Of a DNA stretch of 35,687 bases, positions 16,290 to 24,553 are shown piece by piece. Under the pieces are notes generated by a model that ran no database searches, was not told where the DNA came from, and saw nothing but the letters and a program-made list of their open reading frames with translations. The DNA comes from a virus: positions 1 to 35,687 of the IMG/VR virus record IMGVR_UViG_3300027566_000018. The stretch is one strand, 5' to 3'. Position 1 is the first letter of the stretch. The number at the start of each line of letters is the position of its first letter. The position numbers and the translations under genes were made by a program.

Positions 16290-16751
16290 ATGGTCGAACC
16301 CCGCGATTGTAATGCCAGTGCCTCTGAGGTGCCCGCGGAACCGGTCGGCAGTATCAGCTGCCCCCAGTATTGCGACAGTCCGATCCAGATACGGGACCGG
16401 ACCTCGCTCGCGGCCGCCCGGATCCTCTTCGAATGGATGGCCGACGAAATCGAGAGACGCGACCCCGCGCCGCCCCGACAGACCAAAGCCAAAGCGTCCA
16501 AGAAGGCCGTCGAACCGGTCGATTTCACTGCTCCGGATGATCCGAAGAAGAGAAGTCTCGTCCTCGACAAGGCAGTGAGAGCGACCATCAAGGAGTTGGC
16601 GGATGTGAGTGGACGCGCGAGCAGGACCGAGATCGTCGCGGCCCTTACCGATCGCGGATACACAGCAAAGGAGATCCTTGACAAGCTCGATAATCTCGGG
16701 AGGACCGGTGAAATAATGGAACCAAAAGATGGGATCGTCAAGCTGATCTGA
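16290..16751 (+). CDS. Protein with C-terminal winged helix resembling the archaeal MCM C-terminus
   Basis: ASRTEIVAALTDRGYTAKEILDKLDNLGRTGEIMEPKDGIVKLI (GEIxEPxxG). Confidence 0.65.
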   Translation: MVEPRDCNASASEVPAEPVGSISCPQYCDSPIQIRDRTSLAAARILFEWMADEIERRDPAPPRQTKAKASKKAVEPVDFTAPDDPKKRSLVLDKAVRATIKELADVSGRASRTEIVAALTDRGYTAKEILDKLDNLGRTGEIMEPKDGIVKLI

Positions 16752-16764
16752 CTGTAAGTGAGTC

Positions 16765-16826
16765 TATTTTTTAACTATATATTTAACCTTAGATACACTT
16801 ATCTCCTCATACGTCTATTATTATAT
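16765..16826. promoter_or_regulatory. T6 terminator-like tract plus TATA-like elements
   Basis: TTTTTT at 16767-16772, 16 nt after the stop at 16751; TATATATTTA at 16776-16785; TATTATTATATG near 16815-16826. Confidence 0.5.
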
Positions 16827-16868
16827 GTGAAGACTCATAAAGAAACTGAACCTGCGAATGCCCCGTTG

Positions 16869-17053
16869 GCGTTCGCTGAGGCACAGAACGCTGAACAGTC
16901 TCCGGTCGAGCGGCTCGCCGCCCGGCCTGATGGCATAGTTGATCTCGAGGGTATCGACATCGCAACCGCGTGCCAGTTTCCGCGGACGACGATGCCGTCG
17001 TCGTGAGCGAGCCCCCTCGGAAGAGGGAGTGGTCGGTGCCTGGTGGCACCGAT
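16869..17053 (+). ncRNA. Candidate structured RNA or long 5' leader
   Basis: Consecutive hairpins: GACGACG-ATGC-CGTCGTC (16985-17002), CCCTC-GGAA-GAGGG (17014-17027), TCGGTGCC-TGGT-GGCACCGA (17033-17052), plus GCGTTC/GAACGC (16869-16891). Confidence 0.3.
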
Positions 17054-17094
17054 AAAAAGCAACACCCAAATAGCGAGGCGACAGATGCGCCACA

Positions 17095-18405
17095 ATGCGG
17101 ATCTTTCTCCTCACCCTCAGCATCCTCCTTCTCGTCGGCGCCGCGACCGCGCCGGCAGCGGCCGCGACCATCACGAGTCCCGGCGTCTACAACCTGACCG
17201 GCGACATCACCGGCTACGATACCCAGCTCCGGATCGCTTCCTCGAACGTCGTCCTCGACGGCATGGGCCATACCATCGCGGGCGCGAACGCCGACGGTTC
17301 GTATGGGGTCGAGATCGGCTCGGGCGCGGAGGCCCGGATCGCGAACGTCGTCGTTCGCAACATGACCGTCCGCGCATGGGACACCGGCATCGGTATCCAG
17401 AACACCGACTCGGTGCTGGTCGAGCGCGTCACGGTCGAGTGGTGCACGAACGGCATCGACGCCTACTACTTCGCCTCGAACGGCACCATCCGCGACTGCG
17501 CCGTCCGCAATAACCTCTGGTACGGGATCGCGCTGGGATACCCGAGCGGGGGCTTTTACATCTCCAAAAACGACGTCTCGGCGAACCGGCGCGGCATCGA
17601 CCTCGACGAGTCGCGCGAGGGGGCGACGAGCTGGATCGTCGACAACACGGTCCACGACAACCGCGATGAGGGGATCTCGGTCTCATCGAGCGCGGCGCTC
17701 GTCCTCGACAACGTCGTCCGGGACAACGCCGGCGACGGGATCGCCATCGCCTACGGCGGTGCGGACGTGAACGGCAACACGATCACGGGGAACGGCGGCT
17801 CCGGGATCGATGCCTCGACGAAGGCCGGCGGGGCGTTCGTCAACAACACGATCGTCAATAACGCGGTCGGCGTCTCCCCGGACAACACGGATTCCGTCGG
17901 CTCGACCAGGCTCTGGAACAACTACCTGAACAACACCGAGAACGGGGCCTTCTACGGCGACGGAGAAGGGTATGGTCAGCAGATCAACACGACGAAGACC
18001 GCCGGCCCGAACATCGTCGGCGGACCGTTAATCGGCGGGAACTACTGGGGGGCGCCCGACGGCCGCGGGTTCTCGGACCTCACCCCCGACGCGAACGGCG
18101 ACGGGTTCTGCGACGCCCCCTACCGGAACCCGGAGGGCGCCGTCGATTCCCTCCCCCTGGCGAATCCGCCGGCCGGCCCCGTGCTCGTCGCCGTCCCGGG
18201 AGGAGTGGGGCTTCCCCGCGACCTGGACGGCAGCGGGCTCTTCCGCGACGTGAACGGCAATGGTCGACATGACTTCGCGGACGTCGTGCTCTACTTCGAC
18301 CGGATGACCTGGATCGCGGAGAGCGAACCCCTGGCCGCGTTCGATTACAACCGGAACGGGCGGATCGACTTCGCGGACGTGGTGTCCCTCTTCGAGGCGA
18401 TGTGA
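17095..18405 (+). CDS. Secreted NosD/CASH beta-helix protein with C-terminal type-I dockerin-like domain
   Basis: Signal peptide MRIFLLTLSILLLVGAATAPAAA; N-ladder beta-helix repeats; NIVGGPLIGGNYW...DANGDGFCD motif; twin Ca-loops DVNGNGRHDFADVV and DYNRNGRIDFADVV. Confidence 0.9.
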   Translation: MRIFLLTLSILLLVGAATAPAAAATITSPGVYNLTGDITGYDTQLRIASSNVVLDGMGHTIAGANADGSYGVEIGSGAEARIANVVVRNMTVRAWDTGIGIQNTDSVLVERVTVEWCTNGIDAYYFASNGTIRDCAVRNNLWYGIALGYPSGGFYISKNDVSANRRGIDLDESREGATSWIVDNTVHDNRDEGISVSSSAALVLDNVVRDNAGDGIAIAYGGADVNGNTITGNGGSGIDASTKAGGAFVNNTIVNNAVGVSPDNTDSVGSTRLWNNYLNNTENGAFYGDGEGYGQQINTTKTAGPNIVGGPLIGGNYWGAPDGRGFSDLTPDANGDGFCDAPYRNPEGAVDSLPLANPPAGPVLVAVPGGVGLPRDLDGSGLFRDVNGNGRHDFADVVLYFDRMTWIAESEPLAAFDYNRNGRIDFADVVSLFEAM

Positions 18406-18468
18406 TGCTCTCTCCCTGCGCTCCGAAACGGGGCCCATAGCATCGAGTACCCTGAGTCTTTGACCGGC

Positions 18469-18561
18469 ATGAAACAGGAGAAAATCCCAGCCAGCTCACA
18501 GGTGCATGTCGGCGACGACGGGAAACTGTACCTGGTATGCACCGCCTGGAAAGCAAATTGA
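18469..18561 (+). CDS. Possible 30-aa ORF
   Basis: MKQEKIPASSQVHVGDDGKLYLVCTAWKAN; no coupling or clear RBS. Confidence 0.2.
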   Translation: MKQEKIPASSQVHVGDDGKLYLVCTAWKAN

Positions 18562-18579
18562 CAAAACCCTCTGTTCTCC

Positions 18580-18630
18580 TTACTATTTTCAAATCTCTAG
18601 AAAATACCTCAAAATACCATATATCGAATA
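18580..18630 (+). promoter_or_regulatory. Putative late promoter for the head/tail operon
   Basis: AT-rich; tandem AAAATACC at 18601 and 18611, followed by ATATATCG about 25 nt before ATG 18646 (leaderless spacing). Confidence 0.5.
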
Positions 18631-18645
18631 CCGCCCAATAGTAGT

Positions 18646-20082
18646 ATGCCCGGCGGAGTGACTCATTCCACTGTCCGCGTCGACCAGCTCACTGCCCTTT
18701 TCAATGCCGCCACCTCCGTCGAGGGCTCACACCGGGTAATCGGCCAAACGCTGAACAAGTGGAAAAACTACGACGGTCGGCAACTCTTCTATGGCCTCGA
18801 AAACTTCGAGGGCACCGAGCCGTCATGGGACTCAGTCCCGGCGATCTTCGCACAGGACCATCCCGACATGGACCTGTACGACGAGGACCCGGAAGCGGCT
18901 CTCGCAGCTATCGCCACGATTGACGGCGATCCCGGGCGCGTCGTCGGATACCACTCCGAATCGATAATCTTCACGGCGGGACAGCCCCGGCTCGAGACAA
19001 GGGTGACCTTCACCGACGCCGACATCGAGAAACGATACGACGACGGCGAGCTCGCTCCCTCGACCGGGTTCCGCGCGAAGAAGATCAACGACGACGGCAC
19101 TCTCGACGGCACGGTCCGCCCCCATCACATCCTATACTTCGTCCAGGACCGGCGGAACCAGCCTCGCGACCAGGGCGCGATGCTGCTGAACAAGGAGGAT
19201 TATGTGACAGACACTCAGGACTCTACTCCCGGCAAATTCCGGGCGTTTTTCCGAGGGCTCAAAGCCCTCCTGAACACCCTCCCGGCAGACGAGGCCGAGG
19301 ATGGTGAGCCGGTCGCGAACCAGGCCGCCCCGGGCGCGACCCCGATCTCTCTTGATATCTCTCTCGAAGCGCAGCGGCAGCGGCTCGTCGACGCCCTCAC
19401 GAAGGTGATCAATCCCCGCTGGACCGACGGCACGCCGGGCTGGATCGACGTCGTCGCGACGTTCCCCGACTCGGCCATCTACCGACTCTGTTGCGGGAGC
19501 GACGAGACCTACCGGATCGCCTACACCGTCGAGAACGGCGCGTACGCGTTCGGCGTCCCGGTCGTCGTCGAGAAGACCTTCATCGAGAGCGCCCCGGAGG
19601 GCACGACCATCCCGGACCAGGCGGCCCCGGTCCAGAACCAGAACGAGGCAGACATGGATAAGAGCACCTACGAGCGGGAGCTCGAGATCGCGAACAAGGC
19701 CACGGCCGACGCGCGCACCGAGCTCACCAACAAGGATGCGACGATCGCGTCGCTGACCGAACAGATCACGAACAAAGAGATGGAGAACGCGGCTCTCAAG
19801 ACACAGCTCGCCGATTTCACGCAGAAGCAGGAGACCGCGCTCTTCGAGCAGTTCTGCCAGAAGATCAAGCCGGCCTATACGGCAACGCCCGAGGCCAAAA
19901 CCGAGCTCCGGCAGAAGTGGGACGCCGACAAGACCGCGCTCCTCCTGAACATCGACACCATGCTCGTCGACCAGAACGCCGCGACCGGCGCGACCGGTGA
20001 CGGCGCCGTCGGCGTGACGAACGCGGCGACCTCGAACACGACCGTCGGTTCGTACAACCCGGTCTCCGGGAGGTATGAGTGA
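18646..20082 (+). CDS. Prohead protease (DUF2213-like) fused to scaffold
   Basis: Located before the decoration protein and MCP. N-domain with LAPSTGF...PHHILYF...RDQGA; C-terminal coiled coil. Confidence 0.75.
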   Translation: MPGGVTHSTVRVDQLTALFNAATSVEGSHRVIGQTLNKWKNYDGRQLFYGLENFEGTEPSWDSVPAIFAQDHPDMDLYDEDPEAALAAIATIDGDPGRVVGYHSESIIFTAGQPRLETRVTFTDADIEKRYDDGELAPSTGFRAKKINDDGTLDGTVRPHHILYFVQDRRNQPRDQGAMLLNKEDYVTDTQDSTPGKFRAFFRGLKALLNTLPADEAEDGEPVANQAAPGATPISLDISLEAQRQRLVDALTKVINPRWTDGTPGWIDVVATFPDSAIYRLCCGSDETYRIAYTVENGAYAFGVPVVVEKTFIESAPEGTTIPDQAAPVQNQNEADMDKSTYERELEIANKATADARTELTNKDATIASLTEQITNKEMENAALKTQLADFTQKQETALFEQFCQKIKPAYTATPEAKTELRQKWDADKTALLLNIDTMLVDQNAATGATGDGAVGVTNAATSNTTVGSYNPVSGRYE

Positions 20083-20621
20083 TGGCAGCCGAGATCGGCC
20101 TCCCGACCCCCGTCGGGAAGATCGTCGTGGCCGGCGCTCCGCCGATCGTCCTCGAGCGGACCATCGAGACGGTCGCGAACTGCTACCCCGGCCGCCTGGT
20201 CAAGAAGGGCACGACCGACCGCGATGTCGTCGTGAACGATGCCGGTCTCCCGGTCGGCTGGCTCGGGTACGAGCAGGCCGGCACGCCGTTCAAGCCCGCG
20301 ACCCCGGCGACCATCTACGTGGTCGGCGACGAGGCCCCGGTCGTCAAGGGTGGCGGCTTCGTCATTCTCGCAAAGCTCGCAACCTCACAGACGATCGTCG
20401 CCGGCGACCAGCTCGTCCCGGCAGCGGCCGGCATGCTCGCGAAGGCGACTGCTCTCACTGGAACCATCACGGCCGGATCGACCAACGTCACCGGCGACGA
20501 CGCGACCCCCCCTGTCGTCATCACGGGCGACGTCGGGGTCCTTCCGGTCGTTGCAATCGCCGAGGAGAGCGTCACCACGACCTCCGCCGCAGCCGACATC
20601 AAGGTCAGGAGCCTGATCTAA
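20079..20621 (+). CDS. Head decoration / capsid cement protein
   Basis: Between scaffold and MCP; YPGRLV...V.V...P.GW and IVAGDQLVPAAAG motifs. Confidence 0.75.
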   Translation: MMAAEIGLPTPVGKIVVAGAPPIVLERTIETVANCYPGRLVKKGTTDRDVVVNDAGLPVGWLGYEQAGTPFKPATPATIYVVGDEAPVVKGGGFVILAKLATSQTIVAGDQLVPAAAGMLAKATALTGTITAGSTNVTGDDATPPVVITGDVGVLPVVAIAEESVTTTSAAADIKVRSLI

Positions 20622-20622
20622 C

Positions 20623-21507
20623 ATGGCAGACACTGTACTCCAGGCACTCGGGCGCCAGATCGACGCCGAGATGATCGAGCCGCTCCGGCAGCAGCTCGTC
20701 GGCCGGCAGCTCGCGCAGATCAACCCGAACCTCAAGGGCGACGGCATCTTCGAGGTCGTGCACAACACGATGAACGAGCTCGGGACCGCCACGGTCAGCT
20801 ACTCGCTGCCGCGCCCCGACGGGCCGCGCGACTCGGTCACGGCGACCCGCGCCACGCTGAAAGTCCCGGTCCTCGACAAGGGGTTCGAGATCGAGCGCGC
20901 CGACTACGACGTGTACAAGGCGAACGGCACCCCGATCGACACGAACGTCGCGCTCTCGGCCGCGCAGGTGGTCGGGGTCAAGGAAGACGATCTCATCATC
21001 AACGGCTGGAAGCCCGACGGCACCAACGCCGAGATCACCGGGTTCTACGCCGGCGCCGGCAACTCGTACACGACCAACGACGACTTCGCGACGGCCGGCA
21101 AGCCGACTACCGCACTCTCGGGCGCTCTCGCCCTCATCGAGGCGGACTCGGCGCTCGCCGACGCCTACAACTTCGTCTGTCACCCGACACAGCGTAACCA
21201 GCTCCGGGGACTCCGGAACGCGAACGGCGTGCGCGAGGAGCCCGAGTTCGTCGAGATGCTCAACCCGCGCGGCGGCACAGCCGGCAGGATCATCTCCACG
21301 ACCGCCATCACGGCCGGCACGGGCCTCCTGTCTCCTGTCGACCCGGCCCGCCGGTTCATCGAGCTGGTGGTCCCGCGCGACTACCGGACCTCGCTCGGTG
21401 TCGACTCGCGCGACCCCGACAACTCGCCGATCTACGGCCGCGTCATGTGCATGACGATCCCGAAGATCAAACAGGCGAACGGGCTCTGCAGCCTGACGCA
21501 GATCTGA
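20623..21507 (+). CDS. Major capsid protein, HK97 fold, encapsulin/Linocin-M18-like
   Basis: 294 aa; VPVLDKGFEIERADYD...GTPIDTNVALSAAQVVGVKEDDLIING. Confidence 0.88.
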   Translation: MADTVLQALGRQIDAEMIEPLRQQLVGRQLAQINPNLKGDGIFEVVHNTMNELGTATVSYSLPRPDGPRDSVTATRATLKVPVLDKGFEIERADYDVYKANGTPIDTNVALSAAQVVGVKEDDLIINGWKPDGTNAEITGFYAGAGNSYTTNDDFATAGKPTTALSGALALIEADSALADAYNFVCHPTQRNQLRGLRNANGVREEPEFVEMLNPRGGTAGRIISTTAITAGTGLLSPVDPARRFIELVVPRDYRTSLGVDSRDPDNSPIYGRVMCMTIPKIKQANGLCSLTQI

Positions 21508-21514
21508 GGCACAG

Positions 21515-21793
21515 ATGCGCGTCGTCTGTGACTGCACCGTCGGCTATAACGGGGAGCGGTACCCGAAGGGCGAGCCCTGCGACTTGCCGGATGCGGTCGT
21601 CGCCTCCCTCGGCGGCCGGGCCCGGCCCGTCCTCGAGGAGGCCCTCGCTCCTATCCAGGGCCTTCCAACCCCGCCCCCTGGCGATCCGACGGTGGCTGAG
21701 TCCATCCCCGGGGGGCATGAACCGCTCGTCGTGGACACGGCAGCGGAGTACGCGGAAGTCCGGGCAAAGACCGCCCCGAAGACGAAGCGGTGA
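21515..21793 (+). CDS. Small post-capsid protein
   Basis: TVGYNGERYPKGEPCDL motif; common location after the MCP. Confidence 0.7.
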   Translation: MRVVCDCTVGYNGERYPKGEPCDLPDAVVASLGGRARPVLEEALAPIQGLPTPPPGDPTVAESIPGGHEPLVVDTAAEYAEVRAKTAPKTKR

Positions 21794-21796
21794 GCC

Positions 21797-22198
21797 ATGA
21801 CCGCCGATGCCGCACTCGTCGAGGACCTGGCCGGGTACGTCGAGGGAACGGACTTCACATCGGCGCAGTTCGTCCGCTATCTTGGATGGGCCGAGGACCA
21901 GGTCGCGACCGACGCCCCGAACATCTCGGGCTCCGCACTCGACCAGGCCCTCGGGCTCCTCGTCGCCCACTACATCGCCCGGAAGGCGACGAACGGCGGC
22001 GAGTACCAGACCGAGAAATCGGGCGACTGGTCGGGCACGCGAGCGACCGCGGCCGGTGAGACGGCCTGGCTCGTCGCGTACCGTGCACTCCTCGAAAAGA
22101 ACGGGACGGTCCAGCCGTCGGCCGGCATCGTCCGCGCCGACCGGATCGCCTCACGGGCCTTCGCACTCTCTGACCAGCGGCTCCCGGAGGTGCCATGA
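21797..22198 (+). CDS. Head-tail adaptor (gp6/DUF4054-like)
   Basis: ALGLLVAHYIA...EKSGDWS...TAWLVAYRAL; position. Confidence 0.78.
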   Translation: MTADAALVEDLAGYVEGTDFTSAQFVRYLGWAEDQVATDAPNISGSALDQALGLLVAHYIARKATNGGEYQTEKSGDWSGTRATAAGETAWLVAYRALLEKNGTVQPSAGIVRADRIASRAFALSDQRLPEVP

Positions 22199-22530
22199 AC
22201 CTCCCACATATCTGCACGGTGATGCAGCGGACGGCCGGCACGCCGGGATCCCTTGGCTCGCCGACCTATACCTGGTCGGCCGTGGCCACGCCTCGCTGCC
22301 GGTTCTATCACAAGAACCCGAACCCGGCGCAGGTCCTCGCGGCCGGCGAGACCGTCCGGAAGATCCCGATGGTCATCCTGCCGATCGCGGTCACGCCTCA
22401 CGAGCAGCGGATCGTGACCACGGCCGAGGGCTACGCCGGAACATACGACGTCAAAGCGCCGAAGCCGTGCGGCGGCAGCAGCGCGCGGCCGCACCACTAC
22501 GAGGCCGAACTCCAGGGGGTGACGCCGTGA
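22195..22530 (+). CDS. Head closure / stopper protein
   Basis: CTVMQRT...G..T..W......CRF...YDV...HHYEAEL; position. Confidence 0.72.
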   Translation: MNLPHICTVMQRTAGTPGSLGSPTYTWSAVATPRCRFYHKNPNPAQVLAAGETVRKIPMVILPIAVTPHEQRIVTTAEGYAGTYDVKAPKPCGGSSARPHHYEAELQGVTP

Positions 22531-22868
22531 CGCCGCCGCTCGAGCCCGAGGACCTCGAGTCCCCGAGCGCGCTCAAGCTCCTGATCGAGACAGCGACCAA
22601 TGTCAAAAACCTCGGCCGGGAGATGGGCGAGATCAAGGGCGATCTCAAGTCCGTCGGGGCCGACGTGGGGACGCTCAAGACCGACATCGCCGTCTGCCTG
22701 ACACAGGAGAAGGCTGTCGACGAGCTGAAGCGGCAGGTCGGGGACCTCGACAAGAAGGTCGATGACCTCTCTACGGCGACGTCGCTTCAGGCCGGTAAGG
22801 TCGCCGGCGTCGTCAGTGTGATCGGCTTCGTCGCGAGCATGTTTGCCCCGCTCCTGGGAGGTCGCTGA
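22527..22868 (+). CDS. Coiled-coil protein with C-terminal TM (XhlA/holin-like)
   Basis: GTG at 22527; heptads followed by VAGVVSVIGFVASMFAPLL. Confidence 0.65.
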   Translation: MTPPLEPEDLESPSALKLLIETATNVKNLGREMGEIKGDLKSVGADVGTLKTDIAVCLTQEKAVDELKRQVGDLDKKVDDLSTATSLQAGKVAGVVSVIGFVASMFAPLLGGR

Positions 22869-23332
22869 TGGCCCGCGAACTCACCTTCGACGAGGCGATC
22901 GCGCTCCTGAAGAAAGTGCCCGAGCGGATCCGGCCCGAGGTCCTCGAAGCGCAGAACCTCAACGTCCTCCTCGTCGAGGGCCAGGCCAAGATCAACTGCG
23001 GGTACACCTCTGCGGACGGCCCGGCGCCGGCGACCATCCCCGGCTCCGCGTACGAGTCCTGCCCCTACGAGCACCCCCCGCACGAGGAGGGGACGCTCTG
23101 CCGTGGCAATCACGGCTGGGTCGAGGAGCTCTACGGCGGGGCCCAGATCAAGGGCCTGGTCGGCAACTCGGTCCAGGAGTACAACCTCTACGTCCACGAG
23201 GGAACCTCGGTCATGGGGGCCCGGCCGTTCCTCTTCGACGCGGTCCGGCAGCAGCGGGACAACATCACCCGGAACCTCTCGGCCGGCGTCGCGAAGGGCC
23301 TCGCCCGGGCCAAGCAGGAGGGAGGCGCGTGA
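22868..23332 (+). CDS. HK97 gp10-like tail completion protein
   Basis: VEGQAKINC...YNLYVHEGTSVMGARPFLFDAV. Confidence 0.85.
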   Translation: MARELTFDEAIALLKKVPERIRPEVLEAQNLNVLLVEGQAKINCGYTSADGPAPATIPGSAYESCPYEHPPHEEGTLCRGNHGWVEELYGGAQIKGLVGNSVQEYNLYVHEGTSVMGARPFLFDAVRQQRDNITRNLSAGVAKGLARAKQEGGA

Positions 23333-23748
23333 CGAACCCCGACCCCATCCCCGCGGTCATCGCGAAGCTCGAGGCCGACACCACGCTCCGGACCCTCCTC
23401 GGGGGGGCCGGCCGCGTTCGCTTCGGGCACCTCTCCCAGCACGAACAGATCCCCGGCGTCTACGTGACCGGCGGAACCACGAACACGTCAACCCCCGCCT
23501 TCGGCTACCGCGTGAGCCGGCTCCGGGACAACGACGACACAGTCCAGCTCGACGTGTGGGCCATGACCCCGGAGGCCGCGCTCGCCATCGCGAAGCGGCT
23601 CGACCCGGTCGTCTTCGACGGCATTTCGGGCCTGACACTCATTCACAGGGTCGGCGGCATGGACCCCGCACCCGACCCCGAACGGTCCGAGATCTGGCAC
23701 GCCACGGCGCGGTACGCGTTCGAGTACAGACTGAGAGACACGATCTAA
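23329..23748 (+). CDS. Tail terminator (DUF3168-like)
   Basis: GTG at 23329; IAKLEADTTLRTLLG...VQLDVWA...WHATARY. Confidence 0.8.
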   Translation: MTNPDPIPAVIAKLEADTTLRTLLGGAGRVRFGHLSQHEQIPGVYVTGGTTNTSTPAFGYRVSRLRDNDDTVQLDVWAMTPEAALAIAKRLDPVVFDGISGLTLIHRVGGMDPAPDPERSEIWHATARYAFEYRLRDTI

Positions 23749-23761
23749 GGAGGAAACAACC

Positions 23762-24544
23762 ATGACAATGGATCCCAACGAGAAGTTCAGCGGACAGGAC
23801 GGCGCGATCTACATCGACGACGTCCTGATCGAGGTCGTCCAGGAAGCGAACTACACGGCGACGCGCGAGCCCATCAAGCGCGCCGTGATCGGGAAGTCGG
23901 CCGAGCTGCAGTACGACGGCCCGTACAACCCCGAGTTCTCCATGAAGTACATCCAGTCGGGCTTCGACCTCTTCTTCGCGGTCATGACCGACGCCCCGAC
24001 GGTCGGCGAGGCCCACACCCTCCACGCCGGCATCGGCGACCCGACGACGACCCCCGAGCTCACCCCGATGACGCTGACCAGCTGCGGGGCCGCCTCGCGG
24101 ATCGAGCTCAAGGCCCTGACCGCCCCGGTCACGACGGCCGGCACGATCACCCTCACGGGCACGGACGTCAACGACAAGCCGAAGGCGGAGATCGTCACCA
24201 TCCCGGTAATGGCGACCGGTGGCGCGGTGAAATCGAAGGGCTTCTTCAAGACCGTCGCTTTCGCATCGTCGGCAGACTATGTCCAGGAAGGCGGAACCAT
24301 GTCGATCTCCTCGATCGTCGGCGGCCGGACGGCGAAGCCCTCCCCGAAGTCGAAGCGGATGGTCGTCGTCATGGAGGCCACGAACTCGGCCGGCCTGAAG
24401 GGCATTCTCACAATCGCCAACACCTGGCCGATCACCCACGACTTCAGCATGAAGGGCGGGGCGACGGCGCTCATGGAGCCGACCACGAAGTTCGCGATCG
24501 AGGACCCGGACCGCGACATCTCCTTCGAGGAGACGAACGTCTGA
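23762..24544 (+). CDS. Tail tube protein with inserted beta-sandwich
   Basis: GGAGG RBS; FSGQDGAIYID tube N-terminus; central TITLTGTDVNDKPKAEIVT insertion. Confidence 0.78.
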   Translation: MTMDPNEKFSGQDGAIYIDDVLIEVVQEANYTATREPIKRAVIGKSAELQYDGPYNPEFSMKYIQSGFDLFFAVMTDAPTVGEAHTLHAGIGDPTTTPELTPMTLTSCGAASRIELKALTAPVTTAGTITLTGTDVNDKPKAEIVTIPVMATGGAVKSKGFFKTVAFASSADYVQEGGTMSISSIVGGRTAKPSPKSKRMVVVMEATNSAGLKGILTIANTWPITHDFSMKGGATALMEPTTKFAIEDPDRDISFEETNV

Positions 24545-24553
24545 GGTCGGAGA

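Noticed and set aside
17033-17052. Resemblance of GGCACCGA/TCGGTGCC to the Cas9 tracrRNA 3' hairpin
   Set aside because: Only an 8-bp stem in swapped order; no array, anti-repeat or cas genes.
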